Shown here piece by piece: positions 26,734 through 36,777 of a DNA stretch of 64,000 bases (the stretch's first letter is position 1; each line of letters opens with the position of its first letter). The notes under the pieces were generated by a model. It saw nothing but the letters and a program-made list of their open reading frames with translations. It was not told the origin of the DNA and made no database searches. The stretch comes from Fibrobacter succinogenes (GTDB lineage: Bacteria; Fibrobacterota; Fibrobacteria; Fibrobacterales; Fibrobacteraceae): assembly GCF_902779965.1 (NCBI RefSeq), contig NZ_CACZDK010000011.1, forward strand, positions 95,012 to 159,011. The letters run 5' to 3'. The translations under genes were made by a program, and so were the position numbers.

Positions 26734-28017
26734 TTAGTCAAGATCAACGACGATACTCTGGTCGCGCTTGGCACCGATAGAAACCATGCCAATCTTCACG
26801 CCCACGAGTTCCGCCATGCGATACAAGTACTTCTTTGCGTTTTCCGGAAGTTCTTCGAACTTGCGGCACTTGCTCGTATCGACCTTCCAGCCCGGCATTT
26901 CTTCGTAGACCGGCGTGCAACGTCCGACCTTGGAAAGCTGGTTCGGAATGAGATCGAGCTTTTCGCCATCGCACATGTAGTGCGTGCAAATCTTGATGGT
27001 GTCGAACGTGTCGAGCACGTCGAGCTTGGTGATAGCGAGGTGAGTGAGGCCATTCACGACCGTTGCCTTGCGGACCACCGGAGCGTCGAACCAACCACAG
27101 CGGCGGTTGCGGCCAGTCGTTGCACCAAATTCGTTACCAATCGTACGGAGCTTGTCGCCAGTTTCGTCGAGGAGTTCCGTCGGGAACGGACCGTTACCCA
27201 CGCGGGTGGTGTAAGCCTTCACGACACCGACAACCTGGTCCAAGACCGTGGGGCCAATGCCAGCACCGCAGCTTGCGTAACCGGCAACCGTGTTGCTGGA
27301 GGTCACGAACGGGTAAGTACCCTGATCCACGTCGAGGATAGTGCCCTGAGCACCTTCGAACACGAGGCGCTTGCCTTCCTTCACGGCCTTGTAAAGCATT
27401 TCGCTAACGTCGGCAACGAACGGCTTGATCTTCTGGCCAAGTTCGAGGTAGTCCTTGATGACCACTTCCGGATCAATTTCCGGAACATCGTACATCACCT
27501 TGAATTCTTCGTTGTGAACCTTGGCCATAGCTTCGACACGCGGACGGAGTTCGCGTTCGTCCATGAGGTCACCCACGCGTACGCCAATGCGGTTCACCTT
27601 GTCGCTGTAGCACGGACCGATACCGCGACCCGTAGTACCGATAGCAGCCTTGCCGGCCTTCTTTTCCTTGGCCTTGTCCAAGGTGGAGTGGTACGGGAGC
27701 ACGACGTGTGCGTTGTTAGCGATGAACAGACGACCTTCCGGGTTGATGCCCTTCGTGTGGAGGTCTGCAATTTCGTTCAATGTCTGGATCGGGTCGAGCA
27801 CGACGCCGTTACCGATGACGCAAATCTTGTCCGGGTGCATAATACCCGAGGGAATCAAGTGGAATACGAACTTTTTGTCGCCTACTTCCACGGTATGGCC
27901 GGCATTTGCACCGCCCTGAAAACGCACGATAATATCTGCATCGAGCGTTAAGAAATCAACAACCTTGGCTTTTCCTTCGTCGCCCCACTGGGAGCCGATA
28001 ACAACACGATTTGCCAT
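26734..28017 (-). CDS. purA: adenylosuccinate synthase
   Basis: 427 aa. The N-terminus GSQWGDEGKAKVVD and GGANAGHTV are hallmark PurA motifs, and length and collinearity are typical. Confidence 0.95.
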   Translation of the reverse strand: MANRVVIGSQWGDEGKAKVVDFLTLDADIIVRFQGGANAGHTVEVGDKKFVFHLIPSGIMHPDKICVIGNGVVLDPIQTLNEIADLHTKGINPEGRLFIANNAHVVLPYHSTLDKAKEKKAGKAAIGTTGRGIGPCYSDKVNRIGVRVGDLMDERELRPRVEAMAKVHNEEFKVMYDVPEIDPEVVIKDYLELGQKIKPFVADVSEMLYKAVKEGKRLVFEGAQGTILDVDQGTYPFVTSSNTVAGYASCGAGIGPTVLDQVVGVVKAYTTRVGNGPFPTELLDETGDKLRTIGNEFGATTGRNRRCGWFDAPVVRKATVVNGLTHLAITKLDVLDTFDTIKICTHYMCDGEKLDLIPNQLSKVGRCTPVYEEMPGWKVDTSKCRKFEELPENAKKYLYRMAELVGVKIGMVSIGAKRDQSIVVDLD

Positions 28018-28195
28018 AAATCCTTCGTTTTATTTCTTTGACATCGAAACGGTTGCCCCAAGGTACCTCCCTGGAGCCCTTTTTCGCCATAAAGATAGTA
28101 AGTCCTCTTTTGAAAAAAAGTGCGCTACATTATAGAAATACAAAAAAATATGGCGAAATGTACGAGCAACGGCGCTTTTTTCTTATTTTTTAATT

Positions 28196-28663
28196 ATGTC
28201 CGAAAAAATTAAAACGCTTATCAAAAGACTCGCACCACTTCTCGATGAAAATTCCGATGTTTTTCGCGAATTGGAGACATTTTTTAGCGCCGAAGGAAAG
28301 ATCGACATACACCTCGGCGACCTTGGAAAATTTCTTAATAATAACAGAACGTATCAAGTGGTCCGCATAAACGGCAAAAGTTACAAGGACTGCGTTTACG
28401 AACTCGTCGATAATCACCCCGAACTGATGGAAGCCATCGGCATGTTGCGCTATTACAAGGCGCCCGCCGGGAGCATCAAGTGGGAGGATGTCGAAGCCGC
28501 AGAAATTGCGATCGGCAACGAACTCACGGTAAACGCCTACGGCTGGGAACCGGATGCATGGACAATTTTCGAAAACAACGCCCTCGAAGAAGCCTCCGCG
28601 CCAGAAGACAAAAAAGGCGACCACGGCCTCGTCGCAATCGTTGCGCTAGATTCGATATTGTAG
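28196..28663 (+). CDS. hypothetical protein
   Basis: 155-aa ORF on the rarer plus strand, divergent from purA. It has host-like composition and no recognisable motif. Confidence 0.5.
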   Translation: MSEKIKTLIKRLAPLLDENSDVFRELETFFSAEGKIDIHLGDLGKFLNNNRTYQVVRINGKSYKDCVYELVDNHPELMEAIGMLRYYKAPAGSIKWEDVEAAEIAIGNELTVNAYGWEPDAWTIFENNALEEASAPEDKKGDHGLVAIVALDSIL

Positions 28664-28710
28664 ACGAAAGAAAGCCAGCATCGCTCAGAATAACACTCAG
28701 CGCACTCTGC

Positions 28711-28742
28711 CTACTGTCTACTTCCTACTGTCTACTAACTAG
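28711..28742 (-). repeat. heptad stop-codon array, inverted orientation; the last unit supplies the PBP4 gene stop codon
   Basis: CTA occurs at 28711, 28718, 28725, 28732 and 28739 on the plus strand, which is TAG every 7 nt on the minus strand. Confidence 0.85.
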
Positions 28743-30880
28743 TGCTGTATAAACTTGAAGAAGGTAACGCCGGGGATTTTGCGGGTCTGTAAGTATTCGG
28801 CAAGCGGAACTTCAACGACCTGCCTTCTTTGCGATGAGGCATGGCGCATTACCGGCTTTTGTCCCGGCATAAAGATAACGAACCCTGTATGAGTCAAGTC
28901 GATTTTATCGGATGTTCCAACAATTCCGATTCCAAGAACTTTCATCACGCCTTTATACGTTCTCTTCGCCATTTCAATGGCCTCATCCAATGGCATATAG
29001 CGAATCGTGAGCGGAGTTTCTTTACCCGTGTACGTTATATTGTGATTCCTGAAAAATTCCTTCTTGGGCATGGTGCGTGTCACCGAAACTTCGCCTTCCA
29101 TCGGAACAACCTTGGCATACTTTCCTTCGCCAACCCAATCGTCGAGCAGGAAATGTTTGCGAGTCAAAAAGCTTACCTTGCTCCCTTTGTAGCGGAGGCG
29201 TTGCAGCTGCCTGTACAAAGACTTTTCGCTTTTGGCCATCGCAAGGGCCACAACATGTTCCAAGTACGTCACGCAATCGACAGAGTCAAGATAAACTAAC
29301 GGCTTATCGTCAACCGTATCCAAATGTCCTTCGCCCATCGGGCCCAACTTGTAAGGTGTTCCAATCAAGCGCTTCGAGAAATAATCCAAACGCTTGTTGA
29401 GACCGCTAACGCCTTGGGCATCAAGCCAAAGCGTTTTCATTTGCAGAAGCGATTTGTAATCGTTGTTCGTATAACTGATAAGCCTCATCCAAAGCGTGTC
29501 AAGAACATCCTTGCTCTTGCAATCTGGATTGGTGTTGGTTCCATTCAAATACATGGCAGCCGTAAGCGTATCGCCATCCACCGTGTAGATATAGCCCACC
29601 AAGGCATGGACTTCGGCGATATAGCCTGTCTTGAACCGAGTGAGCCACGGGGCTTCAAGATTCAGCATGCGCTTGGCGCCCGAGCCTACACCTGGGCTTG
29701 CAAAACTGTTGATGTAATATTCGCTTTTTGGATGGCGGGCCATTTTCGCAAGCATCTTCGAAACAGCAGAAGGTTTCACCTTGTTTTCAGGCGAAAGGCC
29801 ACTTCCATCCCAGACATCGAAATCAGTCGGGTTGAGATCCATTTCCAAAAGGAACTTGCGTTCGGCCTTACGGCCTCCTTCAACACTTCCCACACCAGAG
29901 ACTTGCGCGCCAAGATTCCTGAGCAACGTTTCGGCATGGAAATTCTGGCTACGCTGATTGATTTCGTCGAGAATACTCAACAGAGGCGCCGACGAGAACG
30001 AAAACTTTTTCAATTCCGTACTTGAAATCGATTTACGTTCCTTGAAAACGATACCGCGATTCTTGAGCGCATGCATAAATGCAGCCCTAAAATAACCGAT
30101 CGGATTGCGAATCGGAAGCACCAAACTAGCCGAATCAACATCTTCGCCGATGGTTCCTCCGAGCGTAATTATGGACTTATCAGGGTCAATCCCGTACACC
30201 CATTTTTTCTTTCGGCCTTTAACGGTCTTTAAGTTGTTTACAACCTTGACATACCCCACATCCGGCTGAATAGAAACCACTGCCGAATCGCCACTGAAAT
30301 AGCCCGGCCAAAAACGAATCGTCACGCAGTTGTCATTGAACCCCAGCGGGCCAATTTCGGCGCCATACCAGGAATCGTAAAAATTGCGGCGCCAGTTTTC
30401 GGCTTTCCATGGTCCCGTGTAATAACTAGTGTCCAAATCAATTTGCCCAATAATGGTGTCCACATCCAAAGCATGAATAGAATCCACCATGGTGTTCAGC
30501 ATGTAAAACGGATCATCGTAATATCTTGCAGAAATATTCGGATCGCCCTCGCCGCGAATTTTGAGAGAGCCAATAAGCGTACGCTTTCTAATGTCTCCAA
30601 ATACCGTTATTTCTGTTTTCGGTTCATAATTGAGCGGCAAAAAGTGGATTGCGGCAGCGGTTGTCAACGTCTTGAGCGTACTTGCCGGCGTAAACATTTC
30701 ATCGCCATTAATGTTCCCGATTTCCTTGCCCATTTTCACGGAACGAAGCGACATGCCAAAGGTCGTCCCCGGAAGAAGCGAATCCACATAGCTTTTGTAC
30801 GGAGCCAGATTAACATGCGCAAACAGCGGTGCTACAAGGAACGGTAGCAACCTAGAGGCTATTTTAAACAACTTATTCAT
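28739..30880 (-). CDS. PBP4-type D-Ala-D-Ala carboxypeptidase/endopeptidase (S13) fused to a C-terminal DUF1460-like domain
   Basis: 713 aa. Motifs are SxxK (PASTLKTLT), SGL/SPEN and KTG (RFKTGYI). The extra C-terminal region of about 230 aa (DSVDCVTYLEHVVALAMA..) resembles the DUF1460 amidase-like family. Confidence 0.75.
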   Translation of the reverse strand: MNKLFKIASRLLPFLVAPLFAHVNLAPYKSYVDSLLPGTTFGMSLRSVKMGKEIGNINGDEMFTPASTLKTLTTAAAIHFLPLNYEPKTEITVFGDIRKRTLIGSLKIRGEGDPNISARYYDDPFYMLNTMVDSIHALDVDTIIGQIDLDTSYYTGPWKAENWRRNFYDSWYGAEIGPLGFNDNCVTIRFWPGYFSGDSAVVSIQPDVGYVKVVNNLKTVKGRKKKWVYGIDPDKSIITLGGTIGEDVDSASLVLPIRNPIGYFRAAFMHALKNRGIVFKERKSISSTELKKFSFSSAPLLSILDEINQRSQNFHAETLLRNLGAQVSGVGSVEGGRKAERKFLLEMDLNPTDFDVWDGSGLSPENKVKPSAVSKMLAKMARHPKSEYYINSFASPGVGSGAKRMLNLEAPWLTRFKTGYIAEVHALVGYIYTVDGDTLTAAMYLNGTNTNPDCKSKDVLDTLWMRLISYTNNDYKSLLQMKTLWLDAQGVSGLNKRLDYFSKRLIGTPYKLGPMGEGHLDTVDDKPLVYLDSVDCVTYLEHVVALAMAKSEKSLYRQLQRLRYKGSKVSFLTRKHFLLDDWVGEGKYAKVVPMEGEVSVTRTMPKKEFFRNHNITYTGKETPLTIRYMPLDEAIEMAKRTYKGVMKVLGIGIVGTSDKIDLTHTGFVIFMPGQKPVMRHASSQRRQVVEVPLAEYLQTRKIPGVTFFKFIQH

Positions 30881-32499
30881 CAGCGAGATTTCTTCTTCCT
30901 TCGTCTTACGACGAAAACGACAATAACACCAAGTACTAAGAATCCCGCACCAAGAGAAGCTAGCAAGAATCTTGACGAAACAACCTTGTATTTAATTTCA
31001 TCGGCGGTCGGCATTTCATTTCGGCCTATAATATTCGTTGCATTTTTAGGATAAGTTTCCTTATATTCATTCAAGAAGATATGTTGGATCCAATGAAGCG
31101 TTTCGGCATAGTTCAAGCTATCGGAATGGGCAAGGACCTCATTGATTTTCGTATTCGCGTCATAGACAAGCTTTGCTAAGGCGGCGCTGCGTTTTTTCTT
31201 GTTCTTCGTATTTGCAAACAAGGTGCCCATGTTGTTCGAAAGATCAATCAAGATTTTTTCGACTTCGCCCCACTCCGGAATATTCGGGAAACTGCGGCAA
31301 TGCTCCAGTTCGGCAACAAGCTTGGAATAACGCAAATCGCGATTCCAAATATGGAGAATGCTCCTATCCGCAGGCAAGAATCCAACTTGGCGCGAGAACG
31401 CATCAATGTTGTCTGCTCGGAGCATGTAGGCCAGCAGATGCTCTGCAAGTGCACTTTTAGACGATTTCCGTTTGTTGCCTAGCGCCAAATGGCTCCCGCC
31501 CATGAACGAGAACTTTCCGTTCGGGCCAGAAGGCAAGTTCAAAACCTTAATGCCATCTTTTGCAATCGCCGAATTAGCAAGGCCTCCGGCTTCTACCGGA
31601 TAATCCAATTGCTTAATCAGTTCCGATGTTCCGTAATGAATGACGCGTTCCGAGCGCACAAAGCCATCGGCATTATCCGCAGAGTTTTCATACACGCTAT
31701 GGGGTGCCATTTGCGCATCGCCCATAATCTTTGCATAAAGAGCAAGCCCGACCAGCGTATTCGAATCCAAAAGCGCACTGCGGTAGCCCTTTCCCGACGG
31801 CACCACAAAGTCGCCGCCATGGCTCCAGACAAACGGCGCCATGCACTGTTGCCCAGCCCAGTCATCCTTGCCCGGGAGCGCAAAAGGCGTTATCTTGACG
31901 CCCTCCGCAGTGGTCAAATCGCTATTTGCAATAGTTTTCAAGACGCCCAACACATGCGAGTACGATTCAAAATCCGAATCATCAAATCCAAGTTGCTGCC
32001 AGATGCGTTCGTTCACAAAGAATCCGCGAACGTCGATGAACCACGGTACCGAATACGTCTCGGGACGCCCAGAAATATGCGAACTGCGAAGCCCTTCGCC
32101 CAAAAAGCGAGCCGAATCAATTTCCGACATCAAGTAATCAATAGGACGAATGTAGCCAAGCGATGCGAAGTGCGGAACCCAAGTCGAACCAAGCTGAATC
32201 ACATCGGGCGCGACTGCAATCGAATCCGCAAATGTCCCCGTTATTCTATAGAAAGCCTCGTTCCACGGAAGCACCGTAAGCTTTACCGGAATACCGGTCT
32301 CGCGATAGAATTTTTTGACAAGCCTATGTAGAGCGTTTTTCGAGCCAATGCCATTGTCCATGACCCAAAGCGAAACCGTGTCCGCAGTTGCAACTCTTGC
32401 CACAGTAGGAACAGCAAGCGCACCCAGCATAACGCTCACGCATAGCGCAAATCGGGCCAAGCCAGCAAGTCCAACAATCTTCTTCGCAATTCTAATCAT
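30880..32499 (-). CDS. extracellular solute-binding-protein-family protein with C-terminal TM anchor
   Basis: 539 aa. After an N-terminal signal comes an SBP_bac_1-like body (LWVMDNGIGSKNAL..TVLPWNEAF..). It ends in a hydrophobic helix plus RRRKKKSR. No permease or ATPase genes are adjacent. Confidence 0.6.
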   Translation of the reverse strand: MIRIAKKIVGLAGLARFALCVSVMLGALAVPTVARVATADTVSLWVMDNGIGSKNALHRLVKKFYRETGIPVKLTVLPWNEAFYRITGTFADSIAVAPDVIQLGSTWVPHFASLGYIRPIDYLMSEIDSARFLGEGLRSSHISGRPETYSVPWFIDVRGFFVNERIWQQLGFDDSDFESYSHVLGVLKTIANSDLTTAEGVKITPFALPGKDDWAGQQCMAPFVWSHGGDFVVPSGKGYRSALLDSNTLVGLALYAKIMGDAQMAPHSVYENSADNADGFVRSERVIHYGTSELIKQLDYPVEAGGLANSAIAKDGIKVLNLPSGPNGKFSFMGGSHLALGNKRKSSKSALAEHLLAYMLRADNIDAFSRQVGFLPADRSILHIWNRDLRYSKLVAELEHCRSFPNIPEWGEVEKILIDLSNNMGTLFANTKNKKKRSAALAKLVYDANTKINEVLAHSDSLNYAETLHWIQHIFLNEYKETYPKNATNIIGRNEMPTADEIKYKVVSSRFLLASLGAGFLVLGVIVVFVVRRRKKKSR

Positions 32500-33830
32500 T
32501 GAGCGAGTCTTCCAAAGTCTTCAAAGAAATGGGGATAAGTCTTGTTCACACAAGCGGGGTCGAGAATCTTCATGGGCACACCACCGAGCGAGACAAGGCT
32601 AAAGCACATGGCCATGCGGTGGTCGTTGTAGGTTTCAATCGTTGCCGGCTGCAACTGTTCTGGCGGTTCAATCGTAATGGTATCCATATCGGCCACCACG
32701 CGGGCGCCCACCTTCTGGAGTTCCGCAGAAATTGCGGCAATGCGGTCGGTCTCTTTCACGCGCCAGCTGCCAATGCCACGAATCGTAGTCGTGCCCTTCG
32801 CAAAAAGCGCAAGCACGGAAACCGTCATGGCCGCATCCGGAATGTCATTCAAGTTCATGTCGAGGCCCTTGAGTTCACAACCGCGACCATCGCATTCAAT
32901 CCAGTCCGGACCAATTTCAATCTTTGCGCCCATCTTTTCGAGAACTTTTGCAAAGCCGACATCGCCTTGATGGCTCTGGCTACCCACGCCGAGCACGCGC
33001 ACCTTGCCCTTTGCAATCGCAGCAGCCGCAAGCGGATAGCTCGCAGAACTGGCATCGCCTTCGACAAAGAACTCGCCAGGAGACTTGTAGGAACCCTGCG
33101 GAACGTAAAAGTCCGTGAGCCCATCATGGCGCACTTCCACGCCAAAGCGCTTCATCACATCCATCGTCAGTTCGATGTACGGAGCCGAAATAAGTTCGCC
33201 TTCTACATGAATGTGAAGCGGGCTCTTGCAATACGGTGCGCAAATCAAAAGCGCCGTGAGATACTGGCTCGAAATGTTCCCGCGGACACTCACATCGCCG
33301 CCCTTGAGGCCATCGGCCTTAATGCGAACCGGCGGATAACCTTCGGACTCCAAATACTTGATATCGGCATCCAACGTGCGGAGCGCATCCACAAGGTCGC
33401 GAATCGGGCGTTCACTCATGCGTTCTTCGCCGCGCAAAATGAACTTGCCCCAACCGAGCGAAAGCGCTGCCGTCAACGAGCGCATAGCCGTACCGGCGTT
33501 CCCGAGGAAAAGTTCAATGGCAGGACTCGGGCCATCAAACGGGCCACCATGCCCTTCGACAACAGCATCGGTAAAATCATCCGCGAAATCAATCTTCACG
33601 CCCAAACGCTTCAAAGCCTCGCCCATATAGCGGGTATCATCACTCTTGAGCAAATTTTTCAAATGCGTAGTCCCCTCGGCAAGCGCAGAAATCAAGAACA
33701 CGCGATTCGTAATGCTCTTGGACCCCGGCAGGCAAAGAGAACCTTCAAAAGAATGATAAGCAGGAAGCTGAATAAAACTCGGGCGAAATTGGAAATCGTT
33801 CATACAAGAAAAATTATACATTTTTATCAT
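32496..33830 (-). CDS. aroA: 3-phosphoshikimate 1-carboxyvinyltransferase (EPSP synthase)
   Basis: LPGSKSITNRVFLISALAEG and LFLGNAGTAMRSL are present. The true start may be the ATG at 33803 (MNDFQF). Confidence 0.92.
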   Translation of the reverse strand: MIKMYNFSCMNDFQFRPSFIQLPAYHSFEGSLCLPGSKSITNRVFLISALAEGTTHLKNLLKSDDTRYMGEALKRLGVKIDFADDFTDAVVEGHGGPFDGPSPAIELFLGNAGTAMRSLTAALSLGWGKFILRGEERMSERPIRDLVDALRTLDADIKYLESEGYPPVRIKADGLKGGDVSVRGNISSQYLTALLICAPYCKSPLHIHVEGELISAPYIELTMDVMKRFGVEVRHDGLTDFYVPQGSYKSPGEFFVEGDASSASYPLAAAAIAKGKVRVLGVGSQSHQGDVGFAKVLEKMGAKIEIGPDWIECDGRGCELKGLDMNLNDIPDAAMTVSVLALFAKGTTTIRGIGSWRVKETDRIAAISAELQKVGARVVADMDTITIEPPEQLQPATIETYNDHRMAMCFSLVSLGGVPMKILDPACVNKTYPHFFEDFGRLAQ

Positions 33831-33880
33831 GGGCTGTCTTTTCGGGCGCTCAAAAAGCAGAGCTAAAATTAAACAAACAC

Positions 33881-34639
33881 GTGAGGAACAACATGGAACC
33901 GGAAGTCACAACCAAAAATTTTGAAGTACGTTTCTCGGACTGCGACCACCACAGCCGACTCAAACTTTCAAATCTCTTCCTGTTCATGGAAGAAACTGCG
34001 ATTGCCGATGCCGAACAGAACGGTTTTGGCATTTGGAAAATGATGAAGGCTGGCTATACCACAGTCATTACGCGCATGAAAATCCGCTTGTTGCACCACC
34101 CGGTCTGGGGCGAAAGACTCTCTGTTTCGACATGGGCCAAGGACATCATTAAGGACAAAGTCTGCCTTAAGGATTATTCCATCCTCGATGCACAAGGGCA
34201 CTCCATCGCGCAGGCAACATCTTCGTGGCTCTTGGTGAACATGAAAACTGGCAAGGCAGAAAACCCCGCCAATTCGCCGTACCCGATTCCACTAATTCAG
34301 GGCAAAAACGCATTGCCCGAAATGATGGACATTTTGGACCCGCAGTTAGAACCGAAAATTATCGGGCAAGAAATTGCAAAGTACAGCGACTTGGACATGA
34401 ACAAGCACGTGAACCATTGCCGCTACGTGGATTGGGTAACAGATTCGCTCGATGCCGAAGAACTCAGAAGCAGAAGAATCCGTTCGATACAGATAAATTA
34501 CATCACTCAAATTCCGCTGAGCGGAAAAGTGAATATCGTGAGGTTCAAAAACACGAACCATCACGCCTATATTTTCGGGATGAACGGCGACGACATGACA
34601 CAATGCCATTTTCAGGCGAGAATCGGATTCGCGGACTAG
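33881..34639 (+). CDS. acyl-ACP thioesterase family protein
   Basis: 252 aa with a double hot-dog layout. VRFSDCDHHSRLKLSNLFLFMEETAIADAE and DLDMNKHVNHCRYVDW are typical of Acyl-ACP_TE. Confidence 0.75.
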   Translation: MRNNMEPEVTTKNFEVRFSDCDHHSRLKLSNLFLFMEETAIADAEQNGFGIWKMMKAGYTTVITRMKIRLLHHPVWGERLSVSTWAKDIIKDKVCLKDYSILDAQGHSIAQATSSWLLVNMKTGKAENPANSPYPIPLIQGKNALPEMMDILDPQLEPKIIGQEIAKYSDLDMNKHVNHCRYVDWVTDSLDAEELRSRRIRSIQINYITQIPLSGKVNIVRFKNTNHHAYIFGMNGDDMTQCHFQARIGFAD

Positions 34640-34741
34640 ATTATTCGGAAGTAAACGGCAGAAAGTCGGAAGGGAATGCCATATCGAACCATCCGGTAAA
34701 AAATTGTTATCTTTCATAGCGGATTTTTTCTGGAGTGCACC

Positions 34742-36010
34742 ATGTCTAAATTAACGGTTTTCGTTCAAGCAGCATCTTTTACCGCTGCGATTTCGCTCAC
34801 GGCATGCATTGGAACAAGTCAATGTCCGGCGCCAGAGGCGACACCGATTTCAAAAACTCCGATTATTTTAGGACAAGATACGGTCCACGCCGTAGAAACG
34901 CAACCCGGCACGCACACCGAAATGCAGGTTGTTACCGGTGATAGCGCTACGCAGTTGCTCGATCAATTCAAGTTGACAACGCCCGACCAAACTCCAGATG
35001 TAACGCCAACAGTTCTCGTACAAACCAGAGTCGATACAGTCTTGATGATGTTGCCGCCTTGCGACAAGACGCATTTTTCGCATTGCACGCTTGAAACAAC
35101 GATGGACCCGTACAAGGCTTTCCCGGCTCTCGCGAACTACGTTTTCAACTACGCCGATACACTCAGCAAGGCAGGACAAACCGATTCCGCTTCTGTTATT
35201 CTAAACAGTTTTTCGTCCATGGCTCCCATGTGGCAAGAATGGCAAGCCTACTCGGATACATTGCGCAATGACTTCGGCAAGCGCCGCGAAGAGAAAGCAA
35301 AAGAATTCGAATCCATGGCCCTCCAAATCCAGAACATGAATCGTGTGCAAGCCTCGTACAGCATGGTTGCAGAAACCGCCGACAGCTTGATTGCACAACT
35401 CGCTCCGGGCGATTCGCTTGCCAACTGGGCAGCGGGCCAAAAGAAAATCGCTTACACGAACACGTTAAAGAAGGCAACAAAAGAATTTAATGAAATCAAG
35501 GTTCTTGCCGACGAGAAGGCTCAATTCGCCGAAGCCCGCAAGCAGACCGAGACATTCCGCATCCGCTACCGCGATTTCGAAGACACGCTCCATGTGCAAG
35601 ATTTCCTGAAGCATGTCGATGAACTTGAAAAATCGCTCGATTCTGAAACCGCAAAGATGTGGGAAAAGAACGACCCCGAAAAGGCTCTCGCTCAGACAGA
35701 CACGCTCATTGCCAACGAAAAATTCGAAAAGGCAAAGGACTTGCTGAACAAGCTCAAAGCAAGCAAGTACCGCAAAGAAGCGAACGAAAAATACATAGTC
35801 CTCGCAGACGCATACTGCAACAAGCAGCGCAAAACGACATCGCAAATTTTTGCAAAGTCGTTAAAGCAAACGGACGAAGCGAAGAAAAAGAAATTGCTGA
35901 ACGATGCCATCGCGCCTTTGGACAAGTGCCTCGCGGAATTCCCTGAAACAACGCAGCGCGAAAAAGTCGAAAGCAACAGAAAATTTATTGAAAAGGAACT
36001 CGCCAAGTGA
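34742..36010 (+). CDS. lipoprotein with long helical / coiled-coil region, unknown function
   Basis: 422 aa with signal/lipobox AISLTACIG. The C-terminal half is K/E-rich and helical. Confidence 0.55.
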   Translation: MSKLTVFVQAASFTAAISLTACIGTSQCPAPEATPISKTPIILGQDTVHAVETQPGTHTEMQVVTGDSATQLLDQFKLTTPDQTPDVTPTVLVQTRVDTVLMMLPPCDKTHFSHCTLETTMDPYKAFPALANYVFNYADTLSKAGQTDSASVILNSFSSMAPMWQEWQAYSDTLRNDFGKRREEKAKEFESMALQIQNMNRVQASYSMVAETADSLIAQLAPGDSLANWAAGQKKIAYTNTLKKATKEFNEIKVLADEKAQFAEARKQTETFRIRYRDFEDTLHVQDFLKHVDELEKSLDSETAKMWEKNDPEKALAQTDTLIANEKFEKAKDLLNKLKASKYRKEANEKYIVLADAYCNKQRKTTSQIFAKSLKQTDEAKKKKLLNDAIAPLDKCLAEFPETTQREKVESNRKFIEKELAK

Positions 36011-36777
36011 CAGACTGGTGGAATTACGCCCAGTACCCGGCATTCTTCATTTTGGGCGCCATCGTAAGCCTCATCAATAGCATTGCCGGAGGCGGCTCCA
36101 CGCTCAGCCTCCCCATCATGATTTTTCTCGGGCTCCCGGCAACGGTAGCTAACGGCACGAACCGCATCGGGCTTATCATCGGGAATTTCAGCAGTGCTTT
36201 TAATCTCGCACGTCATGGCTATTTGAACAAGAAAATTTTCTTGCAATTGCTTTTGCCGACTTTCTTTGGAGCGCTCGTCGGCGCCTGCTTCTTGGTGCGC
36301 ATTGGGGATAAGCTATTCCAGGCGATTCTCGCAGTTGTCATTTGCCTTGTGGTAGTCATGAGCAACTTGCGCAAGGACATTCTCGGAAAGCCTCCAGCAA
36401 CGCCACCTGAAAAGCTAACACTCAAAGGCGCCCTCGGATTTTTCGGAATCGCTATTTATGGTTGCATAGTGCAAGTGGGCGTTGGGTTCGTACAAATATT
36501 TGGACTCACGCGATACACCGGACTTGACCCAATTCACGTGAACGCCATCAAGAACGCACTCACAAACGTGTTCTTGATTGTAAGTACCGTCGCACTCGGC
36601 ATTGCCGGAAAAATCGACTGGCCTATCGCGATAGTCATGGCCGCAGGCGCATGGTTCGGCGGCTACCTCGGCAGTTTTACGCAGCGCAAGAAAGGCAACA
36701 AGTTCATCCAGCGATTCATCAGCGTTTGCAGCATCGGTATGGCGATTGCGCTTGTCGTGGATTTGATCGTCAAGTAG
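36007..36777 (+). CDS. TauE/SafE-family anion exporter
   Basis: 256 aa and polytopic. SIAGGGSTLSLPIMIFLGLPATVANGTNR is typical of the family. There is a 4-nt overlap with the upstream gene. Confidence 0.8.
   Translation: MTDWWNYAQYPAFFILGAIVSLINSIAGGGSTLSLPIMIFLGLPATVANGTNRIGLIIGNFSSAFNLARHGYLNKKIFLQLLLPTFFGALVGACFLVRIGDKLFQAILAVVICLVVVMSNLRKDILGKPPATPPEKLTLKGALGFFGIAIYGCIVQVGVGFVQIFGLTRYTGLDPIHVNAIKNALTNVFLIVSTVALGIAGKIDWPIAIVMAAGAWFGGYLGSFTQRKKGNKFIQRFISVCSIGMAIALVVDLIVK

Noticed and set aside
28018-28195. Possible purine or ZTP riboswitch in the purA leader.
   Set aside because: I read the 178-nt divergent spacer on the purA strand and found neither the conserved purine-riboswitch core nor the ZTP (pfl) motif. 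It contains only AT-rich promoter-like DNA.
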